Positions 30,453-41,053 are shown, counted from the first letter of the stretch. The stretch is DNA of 64,000 nucleotides from Bacteroidales bacterium UBA3754 (GCA_002371705.1 DFGI01000068.1:16911-80910); one strand, 5' to 3'. The notes: generated by a model not told the origin, from the letters alone. Made by a program: numbers and translations.

Positions 30453-32380
30453 AAAAAATAATATACATATTCTTATTGACACTTTTTTCTTTCGGACTGC
30501 AGGCGCAAGACTATTCTTCGAAAAATAAAAAAGCAATTGCGGCATACGAATCAGCACTTCAAAACTATCAATTGCTTTACTATGACAAAGCCGAGGAAAA
30601 TCTGAAAACCGCCCTCAAACAAGACGAATTTTTCGTGGAAGCATATTACCTTTTAGCAGGCGTTTACACTCAAAAAAAGGACACAACTAATATGCTCAAC
30701 ACATTACAAACCTGTGTTGACAAATGTGGCGGCACACATTTATGGACACGCTACAAATTAGCATACGAAGAATACAATTTAGGAAAGTACAAAGAAGCAT
30801 TCGCAAACTTACAACACTTTAAACGAGCAGAAGAAATGCATTCATCCTCAACACTTTCCAAAGTTGAGCAAATGAATCTTGATGATTTGTTTGAAAAGAC
30901 CACCAAAGCATTAGAACTACAATCGAAGCCAATCAATTTCACCCCGATAAATTTAGGGGCAAACATCAATACACCTTACGACGACTACCATCCGTCAATC
31001 ACGGTGGACGACAACACACTTATTTTTACGACCAATCTTCCCACTCAAAATCCACGGGTAAAACAAGAGGATTTGTTTTCTGCGCAAAAGATTGACAACA
31101 AATGGCAGAAAAGCGTACCATTATCTTCCATCAACACTCGCACAAACGAAGGTGCGCAGTCAATCACCGCCGATGGGAAAACAATGTTTTTCACAGTTTG
31201 CGGAGCTCCCAATGGTCATGGTTCCTGCGATATTTATATGACAAAAAAAGTTGGAGACAAATGGATTCAGCCACAAAATCTGGGCGAACCAATCAACAGT
31301 AAATATTGGGAATCACAACCATCGTGCAGTGCCGACGGACGCACGCTATACTTTGCATCTACCCGTCCCGACGGATTTGGGAAAAAAGACATATATGTAT
31401 CATATCTGCAAGCAAACGGACAATGGTCGAAACCAGCAAATTTGGGTTCGGAAATCAACACGAAATATGATGACGAATCGCCGTACATCCACGCCGACGG
31501 CATCACATTATATTATGCGTCAGACGGTCGCCCTGGTATGGGCAAAAAAGATATTTTCGGCACGAAAAAACTTGACAAAACCGCATGGGCAACGCCCGAA
31601 AATTTAGGATATCCCATCAACACAAACGAAGACGAATCGCACCTGATTATCAATGCAGAAGGGACAAAAGGATATTTCGCCTCAAACAGATTTGGCGGCG
31701 TTGGCGGTTTTGATATGTATGAGTTCACCATAGACGAAACATTCAAAATCAAACCAAATCCTGTAACCTACGTGCAGTGTATAGTTTTCGACAATAAAAC
31801 CAAAGCTAAATTGGCAGCAAAAGTCATTCTTTCGGATGTGACCACCAACGAAAAAGTGTTCATAAACATCTCCGACCCCGTTTCGGGCGAGTGCATCGTA
31901 CCATTTATCGAAGGACACGAATACGCCCTATCGGTGGAACGCTCAGGTTATTTGTTCTATTCAGAAAATGTTTCGCTTGCCACATTCAAAGGACAAGAAA
32001 AAGTGGATATCCCATTGCAGCAAATCATTGTCGGCAACTATGTTGTGCTGAAAAACATATTCTTCGACACCGACCAAGTTTCGTATAAAAAAGAATCTGA
32101 GCCAGAATTGGAGGCAATCGGTCGTTTTATGAAACAAAATCCGACAGTACATATTGAAATTGGCGGTCACACCGACAACGTAGGAAATGCGGCGTACAAC
32201 CAAAAACTTTCAGAAAACCGTGCGACATATATTGCCAGCGAATTGATAAAAGTTTATGGCGTTGAAAAAGAACGACTTACTTGGAAAGGATATGGAAGTT
32301 CAAAACCATGTGCGCCAAACGACACGCCAGCAAACCGTGCGAAAAACCGTCGGACAGAAATGATTATCACAGCAAAATAA
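30449..32380 (+). CDS. OmpA-family protein with N-terminal TPR and PD40/TolB-like beta-propeller repeats
   Basis: Signal peptide. Repeats of the type DDYHPSITVDDNTLIFT, ESQPSCSADGRTLYFAS and DESPYIHADGITLYYAS. OmpA C-terminal motif GHTDNVGNAAYNQKLSENRA...NRRTEMII. An ATGA overlap joins it to the upstream gene. Confidence 0.8.
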   Translation: MKKIIYIFLLTLFSFGLQAQDYSSKNKKAIAAYESALQNYQLLYYDKAEENLKTALKQDEFFVEAYYLLAGVYTQKKDTTNMLNTLQTCVDKCGGTHLWTRYKLAYEEYNLGKYKEAFANLQHFKRAEEMHSSSTLSKVEQMNLDDLFEKTTKALELQSKPINFTPINLGANINTPYDDYHPSITVDDNTLIFTTNLPTQNPRVKQEDLFSAQKIDNKWQKSVPLSSINTRTNEGAQSITADGKTMFFTVCGAPNGHGSCDIYMTKKVGDKWIQPQNLGEPINSKYWESQPSCSADGRTLYFASTRPDGFGKKDIYVSYLQANGQWSKPANLGSEINTKYDDESPYIHADGITLYYASDGRPGMGKKDIFGTKKLDKTAWATPENLGYPINTNEDESHLIINAEGTKGYFASNRFGGVGGFDMYEFTIDETFKIKPNPVTYVQCIVFDNKTKAKLAAKVILSDVTTNEKVFINISDPVSGECIVPFIEGHEYALSVERSGYLFYSENVSLATFKGQEKVDIPLQQIIVGNYVVLKNIFFDTDQVSYKKESEPELEAIGRFMKQNPTVHIEIGGHTDNVGNAAYNQKLSENRATYIASELIKVYGVEKERLTWKGYGSSKPCAPNDTPANRAKNRRTEMIITAK

Positions 32381-32626
32381 TACGTAATTTGGGGAGTCGT
32401 CCACACAAACGAACAAATTGACGAAAAAATTTACCAAATACCATAATTTTTTTCGACAAAAGTGTTTGTAATTCCCCAAAACTCCGTATTATTGCAACGG
32501 TTTTGAAAGACTTGCTGAACCAAAATCCTAAGACTTTGAAAATATTCAGAAATACACAAATCGTCAATTGATTATAATGTTTTGTTCATTATAATATATA
32601 TCAATCATTAATTTAAATTTAACTAA

Positions 32627-34024
32627 ATGGACTCGGAAAACCTAAACGAAACCGAACAAGCGCCTAAAGGCGAACAACAAGAAGCAACTGGCGAGAAAAA
32701 GCCAAAAAGAAAAAGAAAAATCGTTGTTAAACCAGAGAACGTTCAATTAGACATTGAACCAACCACTGTGACTGTTTCTGCAGAACCACAAGCAGAACAA
32801 CCAACGGAACAAGCTCAAACAGAACAACCAACAGAACAAAAATCCGAAGTTGCTCCACAAGCGCAAAACGAGATTCAGGTTCAACAACCACAAAAAATCC
32901 ATGAATTCGATGGTATTATCACAGGTAGTGGCGTACTTGAGATTATGCAAGACGGACACGGATATTTGAAATCAAGCGATTACAACTATCTCAATTCGCC
33001 TGATGATATATATGTAAGCCAATCGCAAATTAAATTATTTGGACTGAAAACTGGCGACACAGTTGAAGGACCTATCCGTCCTCCAAAAGAAGGTGAAAAA
33101 TACTTCCCTTTGGTTAAGGTTGAAAAAATCAACGGAAGATTGCCTGAAGAAGTTCGCGACCGCGTACACTTCGACCACCTTACGCCATTGTTTCCTGATG
33201 AGAAATTCAACCTAACAGGAAAAGGACACAACGATCTGTCAACCAGAGTAATAGACCTTTTCACCCCTATTGGCAAAGGTCAACGTGGTTTGATTGTGGC
33301 ACAGCCAAAAACTGGTAAAACAACATTGTTGAAAAACATTGCAAACGCCATCGCCGACAACCATCCAGAAGTATATTTGTTGATTCTGTTGATTGACGAA
33401 CGTCCAGAGGAAGTAACCGATATGAAACGGAGTGTTCGCGCCGAGGTAATTTCATCAACATTCGACGAACCATCGGACCGTCACGTAAAAATCGCCAACA
33501 TAGTGCTTGAAAAAGCAAAACGCTTGGTAGAATGTGGGCACGACGTTTGTATCCTTTTGGACTCAATCACCCGTTTGGCCCGTGCATTCAATATGGCGCA
33601 ACCAGCATCGGGAAAAATCCTTTCAGGTGGTGTTGATGCAAACGCATTGCATAAACCAAAACGTTTCTTCGGAGCTGCCCGTAACATTGAGAACGGCGGT
33701 TCGTTAACAATCATTGCAACAGCGTTGACGGAAACAGGTTCAAAGATGGACGACGTGATTTTCGAAGAATTCAAGGGAACGGGAAATATGGAATTGCAAT
33801 TAGACAGAAAGATTTCGAACAAACGAATCTACCCTGCTGTGGATGTGAACCTATCCAGCACCCGTCGCGACGACTTGTTGGTTGACAAGCTGCGTTTGAA
33901 CAAATGTTGGGTTTTGCGTAAATTCCTATCGGATATGACACCAGTGGAAGCTATGGAATTCCTCAGCCAGCAAATGCCGTTGACCAAGGATAACGACGAA
34001 TTTTTGCTGTCGATGGGAAAATAA
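32627..34024 (+). CDS. rho: Transcription termination factor Rho with an N-terminal Q/E/P-rich low-complexity segment
   Basis: From residue ~91 it is collinear with E. coli Rho: [28 protein letters not shown], Walker [25 protein letters not shown] and [16 protein letters not shown]. Confidence 0.92.
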   Translation: MDSENLNETEQAPKGEQQEATGEKKPKRKRKIVVKPENVQLDIEPTTVTVSAEPQAEQPTEQAQTEQPTEQKSEVAPQAQNEIQVQQPQKIHEFDGIITGSGVLEIMQDGHGYLKSSDYNYLNSPDDIYVSQSQIKLFGLKTGDTVEGPIRPPKEGEKYFPLVKVEKINGRLPEEVRDRVHFDHLTPLFPDEKFNLTGKGHNDLSTRVIDLFTPIGKGQRGLIVAQPKTGKTTLLKNIANAIADNHPEVYLLILLIDERPEEVTDMKRSVRAEVISSTFDEPSDRHVKIANIVLEKAKRLVECGHDVCILLDSITRLARAFNMAQPASGKILSGGVDANALHKPKRFFGAARNIENGGSLTIIATALTETGSKMDDVIFEEFKGTGNMELQLDRKISNKRIYPAVDVNLSSTRRDDLLVDKLRLNKCWVLRKFLSDMTPVEAMEFLSQQMPLTKDNDEFLLSMGK

Positions 34025-34043
34025 TCTCACCAACGTATAGCAC

Positions 34044-34078
34044 AAAAGCCTCGTGATACAATTCTCGGGGCTTTTTTT
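34044..34078 (+). terminator. Intrinsic terminator after rho
   Basis: AAAAGCCTCG / 12-nt loop / CGGGGCTTTT, with a T-run. Confidence 0.6.
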
Positions 34079-34133
34079 ATATCCCGTTCGTCTATTCTCA
34101 TTCAACTATTCTTTTCCTAACCTTCATATTTCG

Positions 34134-34141
34134 TATATTTG
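34134..34141 (+). promoter_or_regulatory. -7 box TATATTTG for the TonB-dependent receptor gene
   Basis: Matches TAnnTTTG, 27 nt upstream of the ATG at 34168. Confidence 0.4.
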
Positions 34142-34167
34142 TTTCACTTAAATACAAACGAGTTTTT

Positions 34168-36255
34168 ATGTTCTATAAATACCTTAATATCACCATAATT
34201 GTAGGTCTTTTTTCCCTTACAACCACAACAGTTTTTCCTCAAGAACAAAGCGATTCAACAATATTACATGATTCAACCGAAAACACTAAAATTACCAAAG
34301 ATACAATTTGTATTGACGGCGAATGTTATAAAATCTTGGAACACGGACCTTGGGAACACTATTACGCACTTCCCGATATTACCGTCTATGGCAACAGATT
34401 GACATCTTTGCTAACGGCGTCAACCGAATATATTCCATCGTACAAAATCACGCAAAAGGCGGAATCGTCGATTTTGCCGGTGCTGAAAGAACAAGTTCCC
34501 GGACTATTCATCAACTCGCAGGGCGTTGCTGGCTACGGTGTTTCGTCGGGAGCGTCGGGAAACATTACCATGCGTGGCTTTTCGGGCAGTGCTGGACGAC
34601 TTCTCATTCTTATCGACGGACATCCGCAGTATGCTCCTATCTACGGTCACCCGATGGCCGACACCTACACGACCGACAATATCGAAAGCGTGGAAGTAAT
34701 TCGCGGAGCTGCTTCGGTGCTGTATGGTTCCAACGCAATGGGCGGGGCAATCAATTTTAGCACAAAACAGCAAACGATTGACGGCAACCAATTCCGCATG
34801 CGTGCAAAATACGGTTCGTATGCCACAACGAACTGTATGATAAGCGACGGATTCAAGCATAACAACCTGACGCTTTTTGCAAGCGGAAACTACGAACACT
34901 CCGACGGCTACCGCGAAAATTCGGAATTCAATTCATTGAACGGATTTGCAAAAGTCGGCTATAGACTCAACAAAAATTGGAACATTGCCACGACTGCCAA
35001 CATCAGCCATTTTGACATTGAAATGCCGGGACCCGTTTCCGCACCGCTCAACGACTGCGAGGCAAACATCACCCGTGGCATCTATTCATTGCTTATTGAC
35101 AATAATTATAGACAGGAAACAATTCACACGTGGGGCGATGTCGATATTTACTACAACTGGGGCAACCACCAGATAAACGACGGCTACAAGGAAGGTGGCA
35201 AGCCGCAGGAATATCTGTTCCACTCCACCGACTATATGGGCGGAATCAATGTAAATCAGTCTTTACAGATTACCAACACAGTACTTCAGGCAGGTTTCAA
35301 TTTCAAGCGATACGGCGGCAACGCATACCGAAATCCTGTCACGGAAAAATATGCCGACCATCTCTCGTTTGACGAAGTTGCGGAATTTGTTCTGTTAAAA
35401 CAATATTTTGTTAAGAAAGAATACCCCATGTCCCCCAAATTCTTTTTTGTTGAAACGGGAATACGAATGGAACACCACAGTCTTTACGGCTCCATCCCGA
35501 TTCCTATGGCGGGATTAGCATATAAACGGCAATTTAGCCCATCAAAAGGCGGAACAAAATATTGGGATAAAAAGAGCGTGTTGTCATACTCCAAAGGATT
35601 CCGCACGCCCAATATGCGTGAATTGTATATGTATGCCGCCGCAAACGAGAACCTTTTGCCCGAACATTGCCATAATTTTGAGTATTCCTTCACTAACTAC
35701 ATAACGGAAGCGCTTAACGGAAATCGAAGAATGACAGAACTCAACATCTATCACAACAGGGGCGCAAATATTGTACAGACGGTGATGGTTGACGGGAAAC
35801 CACAGAATCAGAACGTGGGGAAATTCAAAAACACAGGTGTTGAATTTGTCGAAGAATTTACCTTGAAACATTACGACGACATGCAAAACATACGGTTCGA
35901 TTATAGCTACATTCATATGGAACAGCCCATTATGGCTTCTCCACGACAGAAAATGGGATTTCAGTATAAATACACCTTGCATAAGGAACAGAATTTTGAG
36001 TTTTCGCTTGGCATACAGTACATCGAAAAACTATACTTAGCCGTTGACAACGAGGCGACCAAGGAAGAAAACGAAGAAAAGACAAAATCGTTTGCCCTTG
36101 TTGACGGAAAAGTTTCAATATGGGGACCGAAGAGCTATTTCAAATGGTTCATACAATGCGAAGCCGCACCGTGCAAGGGCGATTACGAGACAATGTTGGG
36201 TTATCCGTTGCCAAAAGTCACCTGCTCCGCAGGAGTTTCGGTTAACTTTCCATAG
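34168..36255 (+). CDS. TonB-dependent receptor (about 690 aa; no STN or CarboxypepD_reg extension)
   Basis: Signal peptide. Plug-domain motifs ITVYGNR and IESVEVIRGAASVLYGSNAMGGAINFSTK. Long beta-strand-rich C-terminal region. Confidence 0.8.
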   Translation: MFYKYLNITIIVGLFSLTTTTVFPQEQSDSTILHDSTENTKITKDTICIDGECYKILEHGPWEHYYALPDITVYGNRLTSLLTASTEYIPSYKITQKAESSILPVLKEQVPGLFINSQGVAGYGVSSGASGNITMRGFSGSAGRLLILIDGHPQYAPIYGHPMADTYTTDNIESVEVIRGAASVLYGSNAMGGAINFSTKQQTIDGNQFRMRAKYGSYATTNCMISDGFKHNNLTLFASGNYEHSDGYRENSEFNSLNGFAKVGYRLNKNWNIATTANISHFDIEMPGPVSAPLNDCEANITRGIYSLLIDNNYRQETIHTWGDVDIYYNWGNHQINDGYKEGGKPQEYLFHSTDYMGGINVNQSLQITNTVLQAGFNFKRYGGNAYRNPVTEKYADHLSFDEVAEFVLLKQYFVKKEYPMSPKFFFVETGIRMEHHSLYGSIPIPMAGLAYKRQFSPSKGGTKYWDKKSVLSYSKGFRTPNMRELYMYAAANENLLPEHCHNFEYSFTNYITEALNGNRRMTELNIYHNRGANIVQTVMVDGKPQNQNVGKFKNTGVEFVEEFTLKHYDDMQNIRFDYSYIHMEQPIMASPRQKMGFQYKYTLHKEQNFEFSLGIQYIEKLYLAVDNEATKEENEEKTKSFALVDGKVSIWGPKSYFKWFIQCEAAPCKGDYETMLGYPLPKVTCSAGVSVNFP

Positions 36256-36306
36256 GAAATTCGGTTGATTTATAGCTTGGATAAGTTGGAGAGTATGAGT
36301 TATGCG

Positions 36307-36340
36307 AAAAAAAAGACTTGCAATTGCTTGCAAGTCTTTA
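36307..36340 (-). terminator. Intrinsic terminator between convergent genes; the U-tract is on the minus-strand side
   Basis: AGACTTGCAA / TTGC / TTGCAAGTCT. It is followed by T8 on the minus strand (A8 precedes it on the plus strand). Confidence 0.65.
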
Positions 36341-36370
36341 AACAAAATGCTGGCAAATGCCAACATATAA

Positions 36371-37567
36371 TTATTTCAGTTTTTCCAAAGCAACTTTGAT
36401 GCGTTCTGCCGCTTTCTTCAACAATTCATCGGAAGTAGCGAACGAGAAACGAATGCATTCTGGGTTACCAAATCCTTCGCCCGAAACCGAAGCGACCAAA
36501 CCTTCGGTCAACAAATACATAGCCAAGTCGCCAGATTTTTTGATTACCGTTCCATCGGGAGCTGTTTTTCCAAGGAAAGCCGTTACTTCTGCAAATACAT
36601 AGAATGCGCCGTCAGGAATGTGGATGTTCAAGCCTTCTATTTTCGAAAGTTCCGCAATAAACATATCACGACGGCGAAGATATGCGGCTGTCATTTGTTT
36701 TGGATATTCCAAACCGCCGTTCAGAGCAGCTACAGCAGCTTTTTGAGCTATTGAGCATACTCCAGAGGTGACTTGTCCCTGCAATTTTGTACAAGCCTTT
36801 GCCACCCATTCTGGTGCAGCGATATAGCCAATTCTCCAACCTGTCATCGCATAGGCTTTCGAAACACCGTTCACAATCACAACTTGATTTTTAATTTCCT
36901 CGAATTGTGCTATTGATTGATGTTCACCCACATAATTAATATGTTCATAAATTTCGTCTGCGACAACAAATATTTGTGGATTTTTAGCGAATAAATTCGC
37001 CAAGTCAGCCAATTCCTGTTTTGTATAAACTGCACCGCAAGGATTTGATGGTGAGCTGAACACAAACATTCTCGTTTTTGAAGTGATAGTTTTTTCAACT
37101 TGAGCAGCTGTTACCTTGAAGCCAGATTTAATATTTGTAGGAATGAAAACAGGCTTAGCCTCCGCCAATTTCACCATTTCTGGATAGCTAACCCAATATG
37201 GAGTTGGTATCAACACTTCGTCGCCAGGATTCAAAAGACTCAGGAACACATTTGACAAAGCATGTTTAGCACCAGCCGAAACCACAATCTGCGATGTGCT
37301 GTAGGTCAGATTATTTTCGCGTTTCAATTTTGCGCAGACAGCTTCCAACAAATCCTTGTAGCCCCCTACTGGAGAGTAAAACGAGAAATTGTCGTCGATT
37401 GCTTTCTTTGCAGCATCCTTCACATAATCGGGAGTGTTGAAATCTGGTTCGCCGATACTTAAATTAATAACATCTTTTCCTGCTGCCTTTAATTCGTTGC
37501 TTTTTTGCGACATCGCAAGCGTCTGCGAGGCGGCAAGAGCGGACAATCGTTTTGAAATTTGTTCCAT
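36371..37567 (-). CDS. Pyridoxal-phosphate-dependent class-I aminotransferase (aspartate aminotransferase-like)
   Basis: PLP-lysine motif VSKAYAMTGWRIGY, and SSPSNPCGAVY. The ATG at 37567 is preferred because the listed TTG start falls inside the -7 box. Confidence 0.85.
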   Translation of the reverse strand: MEQISKRLSALAASQTLAMSQKSNELKAAGKDVINLSIGEPDFNTPDYVKDAAKKAIDDNFSFYSPVGGYKDLLEAVCAKLKRENNLTYSTSQIVVSAGAKHALSNVFLSLLNPGDEVLIPTPYWVSYPEMVKLAEAKPVFIPTNIKSGFKVTAAQVEKTITSKTRMFVFSSPSNPCGAVYTKQELADLANLFAKNPQIFVVADEIYEHINYVGEHQSIAQFEEIKNQVVIVNGVSKAYAMTGWRIGYIAAPEWVAKACTKLQGQVTSGVCSIAQKAAVAALNGGLEYPKQMTAAYLRRRDMFIAELSKIEGLNIHIPDGAFYVFAEVTAFLGKTAPDGTVIKKSGDLAMYLLTEGLVASVSGEGFGNPECIRFSFATSDELLKKAAERIKVALEKLK

Positions 37568-37591
37568 TCTGTTACTTCTTTTAAAACCGCA

Positions 37592-37599
37592 CAAAAGTA
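37592..37599 (-). promoter_or_regulatory. -7 box TACTTTTG for the aminotransferase gene
   Basis: The minus strand reads TACTTTTG, 24 nt upstream of the ATG at 37567. Confidence 0.4.
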
Positions 37600-37771
37600 G
37601 AAGATTTTTTGAAAATGCCTAAACCGAAAAGTATATTTTTTTTACAAACTTTAATCGTAATGGACAAAACACGCACCACATAGAAAGAAATCTAAAAAAA
37701 CAATGAAAAATTGAATCTTTACAACAATTTAAAGTACATGCGCGAGGGAATTATTCCTTCACTCCCCAACA

Positions 37772-38500
37772 TTAGCGTACTTCTCCGCCTCCCATAAACG
37801 CTTTCACAACCAAAACCAATTTTTTGTTTGCTTCAGCCGTAACAATACCAGTTCGTTTGTCGGCAAAACCGCCCAAGCCCGTAGTCTGTATTTCCACATT
37901 CCAATTATTCGGAGCGAGCAACGACACCCCACCAAGACGAACGTTGATATTCAAAACGGTTTCTCCTTCGGGCAAGCTTGTATTGCGTAAATCAAGTTCC
38001 AAACCGCCCATATTCACGTCAATGTTTCCCCCTTTCAAAACAGGATCGTTGAACACTTGTCGCTCGCCGTTGCACGATACACGGCATCGTATTTTTCCCT
38101 CCTCATCAAATGTCACGTCGGTCGTTTGCATATTATCAATATGTCGATTTTCTTTTGATTCGGGCACGGAAACCTTTCTGAACAAAAGCATCATGGCACC
38201 ATAATAAATTAACAAAACTGGCCACCATTTACCACAAAAACCCACTGGAACAACGTCGTACGGCAATAATGGCAAGATCAAAAACATGCCCAAACCAAAA
38301 ATCGTCAAACCAGCAAACCAACGTTTCCTGACAAGAAAAATCAATCCGAACAACACACACAACATTGGAAAGGAAATCACCGCATCACGCCATACTCCAA
38401 GCAAATCAATATCTAAATTTGCAAAAAGGAAAAATAATCCTATAACAACAAATGTCGCTCCAAAGACGACACGACCCTGCATTGTTTTTTTCTGTTCCAT
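37772..38500 (-). CDS. LiaF/DUF2154-like membrane protein (N-terminal TM bundle plus a C-terminal beta-rich 'toast-rack'-type domain)
   Basis: Four hydrophobic segments, followed by GGNIDVNMGGLELDLRNTSLPEGETVLNINVRLGGVSLLAPNNWNVEIQ. The ATG at 38500 is preferred over the listed TTG. The family call is tentative. Confidence 0.5.
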   Translation of the reverse strand: MEQKKTMQGRVVFGATFVVIGLFFLFANLDIDLLGVWRDAVISFPMLCVLFGLIFLVRKRWFAGLTIFGLGMFLILPLLPYDVVPVGFCGKWWPVLLIYYGAMMLLFRKVSVPESKENRHIDNMQTTDVTFDEEGKIRCRVSCNGERQVFNDPVLKGGNIDVNMGGLELDLRNTSLPEGETVLNINVRLGGVSLLAPNNWNVEIQTTGLGGFADKRTGIVTAEANKKLVLVVKAFMGGGEVR

Positions 38501-38816
38501 CTTTCTTATTTTTATTGGCAAAGAAACGAAAAAACTATGGAAACAGCATTAATATTTTCGGAATTATCTACTTTAATATTTTTCTGTTCCATTTCTTTCG
38601 GCGGCGAAAGAAACGGAACCCAAAGAAAGGCCGCCGACGTACCTGCTTGGCTAAAAATCAACTGCGTTCCGCTAAAGGCGTTGAAGTGCCAGTTTTTCGT
38701 AAGATGAAGTTTTTCGTACAAGGCACCAACGCCTTTTTCACGCTGCACTACGTTGATTTTTTTAACGCCAACCAGCTAAGTCGGAAAGTCTTGGATGACA
38801 AAGCTTTTCGTTTTAT

Positions 38817-39287
38817 TTAATCGTGATGATACGGCAAATCGTTGATGATAGTGAAGGCACGATAGAACTGTTCCACCACAAAAACGCGAATCATCTGGTG
38901 CGAAAACGTCATTTTCGAGAATGAAATCTTATTGGGAACTGCCGCATACACATCTTGCGAGAATCCGTAGGGACCGCCAATAATAAAACACAAATCACGG
39001 GAATTGTCCTTTGCCGTCTCTATTATTTTGGCAAATTGGCGCGAAGTGTATTCCTTGCCGTTTTCGTCCAACAAATAACATTGGGCGTTTTGTGGCAATT
39101 TTGCAAGAATGGCAACGCCCTCCTTCTTCTTTATCTCGTCGAAACTTGTCTTGCTCGACGATTTATATTCGGGAATTTCTACTATGGAAAACTGGCAATA
39201 ATGTTTCAATCGGTCGGTATATTCTTTTATTCCCTCCGACAAATACGAAGCATTCGTTTTCGCAACCCAAATAAGCGTGATTTTCAT
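38817..39287 (-). CDS. rlmH: 23S rRNA (pseudouridine1915-N3)-methyltransferase
   Basis: 156 aa. MKITLIWVAKT..., IIGGPYGFS and SFSKMTFSHQMIRVFVVEQFYRAFTI are typical SPOUT RlmH motifs. Confidence 0.9.
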   Translation of the reverse strand: MKITLIWVAKTNASYLSEGIKEYTDRLKHYCQFSIVEIPEYKSSSKTSFDEIKKKEGVAILAKLPQNAQCYLLDENGKEYTSRQFAKIIETAKDNSRDLCFIIGGPYGFSQDVYAAVPNKISFSKMTFSHQMIRVFVVEQFYRAFTIINDLPYHHD

Positions 39288-41020
39288 TATTCCTTATGTC
39301 CGCCAAATGAGAATGATGCACCTATCAAGAAATTAAAATCTTGTAAAGGATAATCCACATATTTATCCGTGTTCATCCCCAAAATGTTATTCACATCAAG
39401 GAAAATCTGGAAAATGCTGTTATAGAAATACGTTGCTTCGAATCCTAAATCAACATTGAAAATCGTTCCATAGTCGCCATGGCTTTCTGGGGTGAATAAT
39501 CTATAATACAATCGTGGTTCTACAGATAGTTTATTTTTATTAGAATTCGGATTAACAATATAAAAACGTGACGCAAGCGTAAAGTCAATAATCGGCTTAT
39601 ACCACGCTTCTTTTATAGTTTGCAGTTGCCACAAATAATAATCAAAATTTGCCGCAAAATTCACCTTGCGGAACAGCAGACCAAAATCGCCATGGAAATC
39701 CATTACAGTTGCATCATCGTACTCTACGTTGAACGTTGTCATTGTGTATGGTTTACGCAAATATTGTGCATCCCAAAAATACATATCTTCATATGCTTTA
39801 ACCGAGAACGATGTATTATACGTAATTAATTTTTTAACACGACCATTCAATCCTATTTCAAAACCAAGTTTGTTGATTGTAGGACGAATCATAACCGAAT
39901 CGGCAGCATACGGATTTTCCTCAAACATTTCGTTCATCGACACCAGATCCACATTGCCACCGAACTTGAAATATGGAATCATCTTTAATTTTGGCAACGC
40001 ATAGGTAAATGCCACGTCAGGAAGGACTTTGAATGTAGAAACGCCGCCAATCACGGGCGAAGCTTTAATTCCTGCTTGTAAATTCCAACTATTCGCACCC
40101 ACTTGAATGTATGGCATAGCTTGCAAAACACCTTGAACTTTCGTCAATGAAGAATCAATATCCTTCGGTTCGAAATTCAGTGCACTTACCTGAAAATCAG
40201 CGTCCAAGCCAAGTTTTATCTTGCCTACTTTTCTGTTTACCCCACCCGTAACGCCAATCAAATTTTCAACATTAGTCGGATTTCCGGCATACGTCAGACC
40301 ATAATCAAATTCCGCCTTGTAGCGAAGCGCGTCTTCATCGGCATCGATGGAACAAATTCCTGCATTTGCCGACAAACCGAAACGATAGCGACGTTGTTCC
40401 TTTTTCGTTGCACGAACAACAGTTGTACCCGAAGGATCAGTATCGGGAATACCATACCCATATCGAAGCACGCTGTTGAATTGCGGCTTTATGGAAGCAT
40501 ACGCCATGCAATCTTCGTAAAACCGTTTCCAATACGCTGACACATAATCAGTTGTGTAACCAGCAGGAACTTTATTTCCATTTACCTTAATTTTCCCTGC
40601 CGAACCAAAATGATACAATTCAATTCCCGATTGTTTCAAACGAGAACGTTCGGTCATATAGCGGACGGCAAGCAAACCAGTCCAATAATTTCCCAATCCT
40701 ACAACAGCATCTCCCCGATACAATTCCGAAAGTTTGTCGCCCGTTACGCTTACCGCTTTCAATGGAATTATATGATAATCAGTGTTTAACGGCGTAGTCG
40801 TTACGGAATATTTTAGATTCATCTGAATATCCAACGTATCATATACTTTGGGATTCACCGAAATTCGGCTTGCATCGGAAATCTGCGGTTTATATTCCGA
40901 ATACACCTGTATGGTTTTCTGAAGTTCAGGATTTTCTTCCGTCTGCGCGCTGAGGCTCATCGGGAAAACGAGCGCCATTACAGCCACATTAGCAATTATC
41001 TTGACCAATCTATATTTCAT
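39287..41020 (-). CDS. Large putative outer-membrane beta-barrel protein ('putative porin'-like), function unknown
   Basis: Signal peptide MKYRLVKIIANVAVMALVFPMSLSAQ from the ATG at 41020. Strand-like alternation throughout. A TAATG overlap joins it to rlmH. The family assignment is only a guess. Confidence 0.45.
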   Translation of the reverse strand: MKYRLVKIIANVAVMALVFPMSLSAQTEENPELQKTIQVYSEYKPQISDASRISVNPKVYDTLDIQMNLKYSVTTTPLNTDYHIIPLKAVSVTGDKLSELYRGDAVVGLGNYWTGLLAVRYMTERSRLKQSGIELYHFGSAGKIKVNGNKVPAGYTTDYVSAYWKRFYEDCMAYASIKPQFNSVLRYGYGIPDTDPSGTTVVRATKKEQRRYRFGLSANAGICSIDADEDALRYKAEFDYGLTYAGNPTNVENLIGVTGGVNRKVGKIKLGLDADFQVSALNFEPKDIDSSLTKVQGVLQAMPYIQVGANSWNLQAGIKASPVIGGVSTFKVLPDVAFTYALPKLKMIPYFKFGGNVDLVSMNEMFEENPYAADSVMIRPTINKLGFEIGLNGRVKKLITYNTSFSVKAYEDMYFWDAQYLRKPYTMTTFNVEYDDATVMDFHGDFGLLFRKVNFAANFDYYLWQLQTIKEAWYKPIIDFTLASRFYIVNPNSNKNKLSVEPRLYYRLFTPESHGDYGTIFNVDLGFEATYFYNSIFQIFLDVNNILGMNTDKYVDYPLQDFNFLIGASFSFGGHKE

Positions 41021-41053
41021 ATTTCTATATCTTAATCGAACCAACATTCAAAT

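Noticed and set aside
32388-32480. 8-bp inverted repeat (TTTGGGGA ... TCCCCAAA) in the 246-nt rho leader, considered as an autoregulatory attenuator
   Set aside because: It is too short and too widely spaced (~77 nt) to distinguish from chance in AT-rich DNA. No U-tract follows it.
34079-34167. Possible riboswitch (for example cobalamin) upstream of the TonB-dependent receptor
   Set aside because: Only ~90 nt remain after the rho terminator, and ~27 nt after the -7 box. No B12-box-like or other conserved riboswitch core is visible.
38512-38748. 78-codon GTG-initiated minus-strand ORF between rlmH and the LiaF-like gene
   Set aside because: It has no ATG start, signal peptide, TM segment or motif, and no -7 box in front. 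It is kept only as context for the hairpin observation, not called as a gene.
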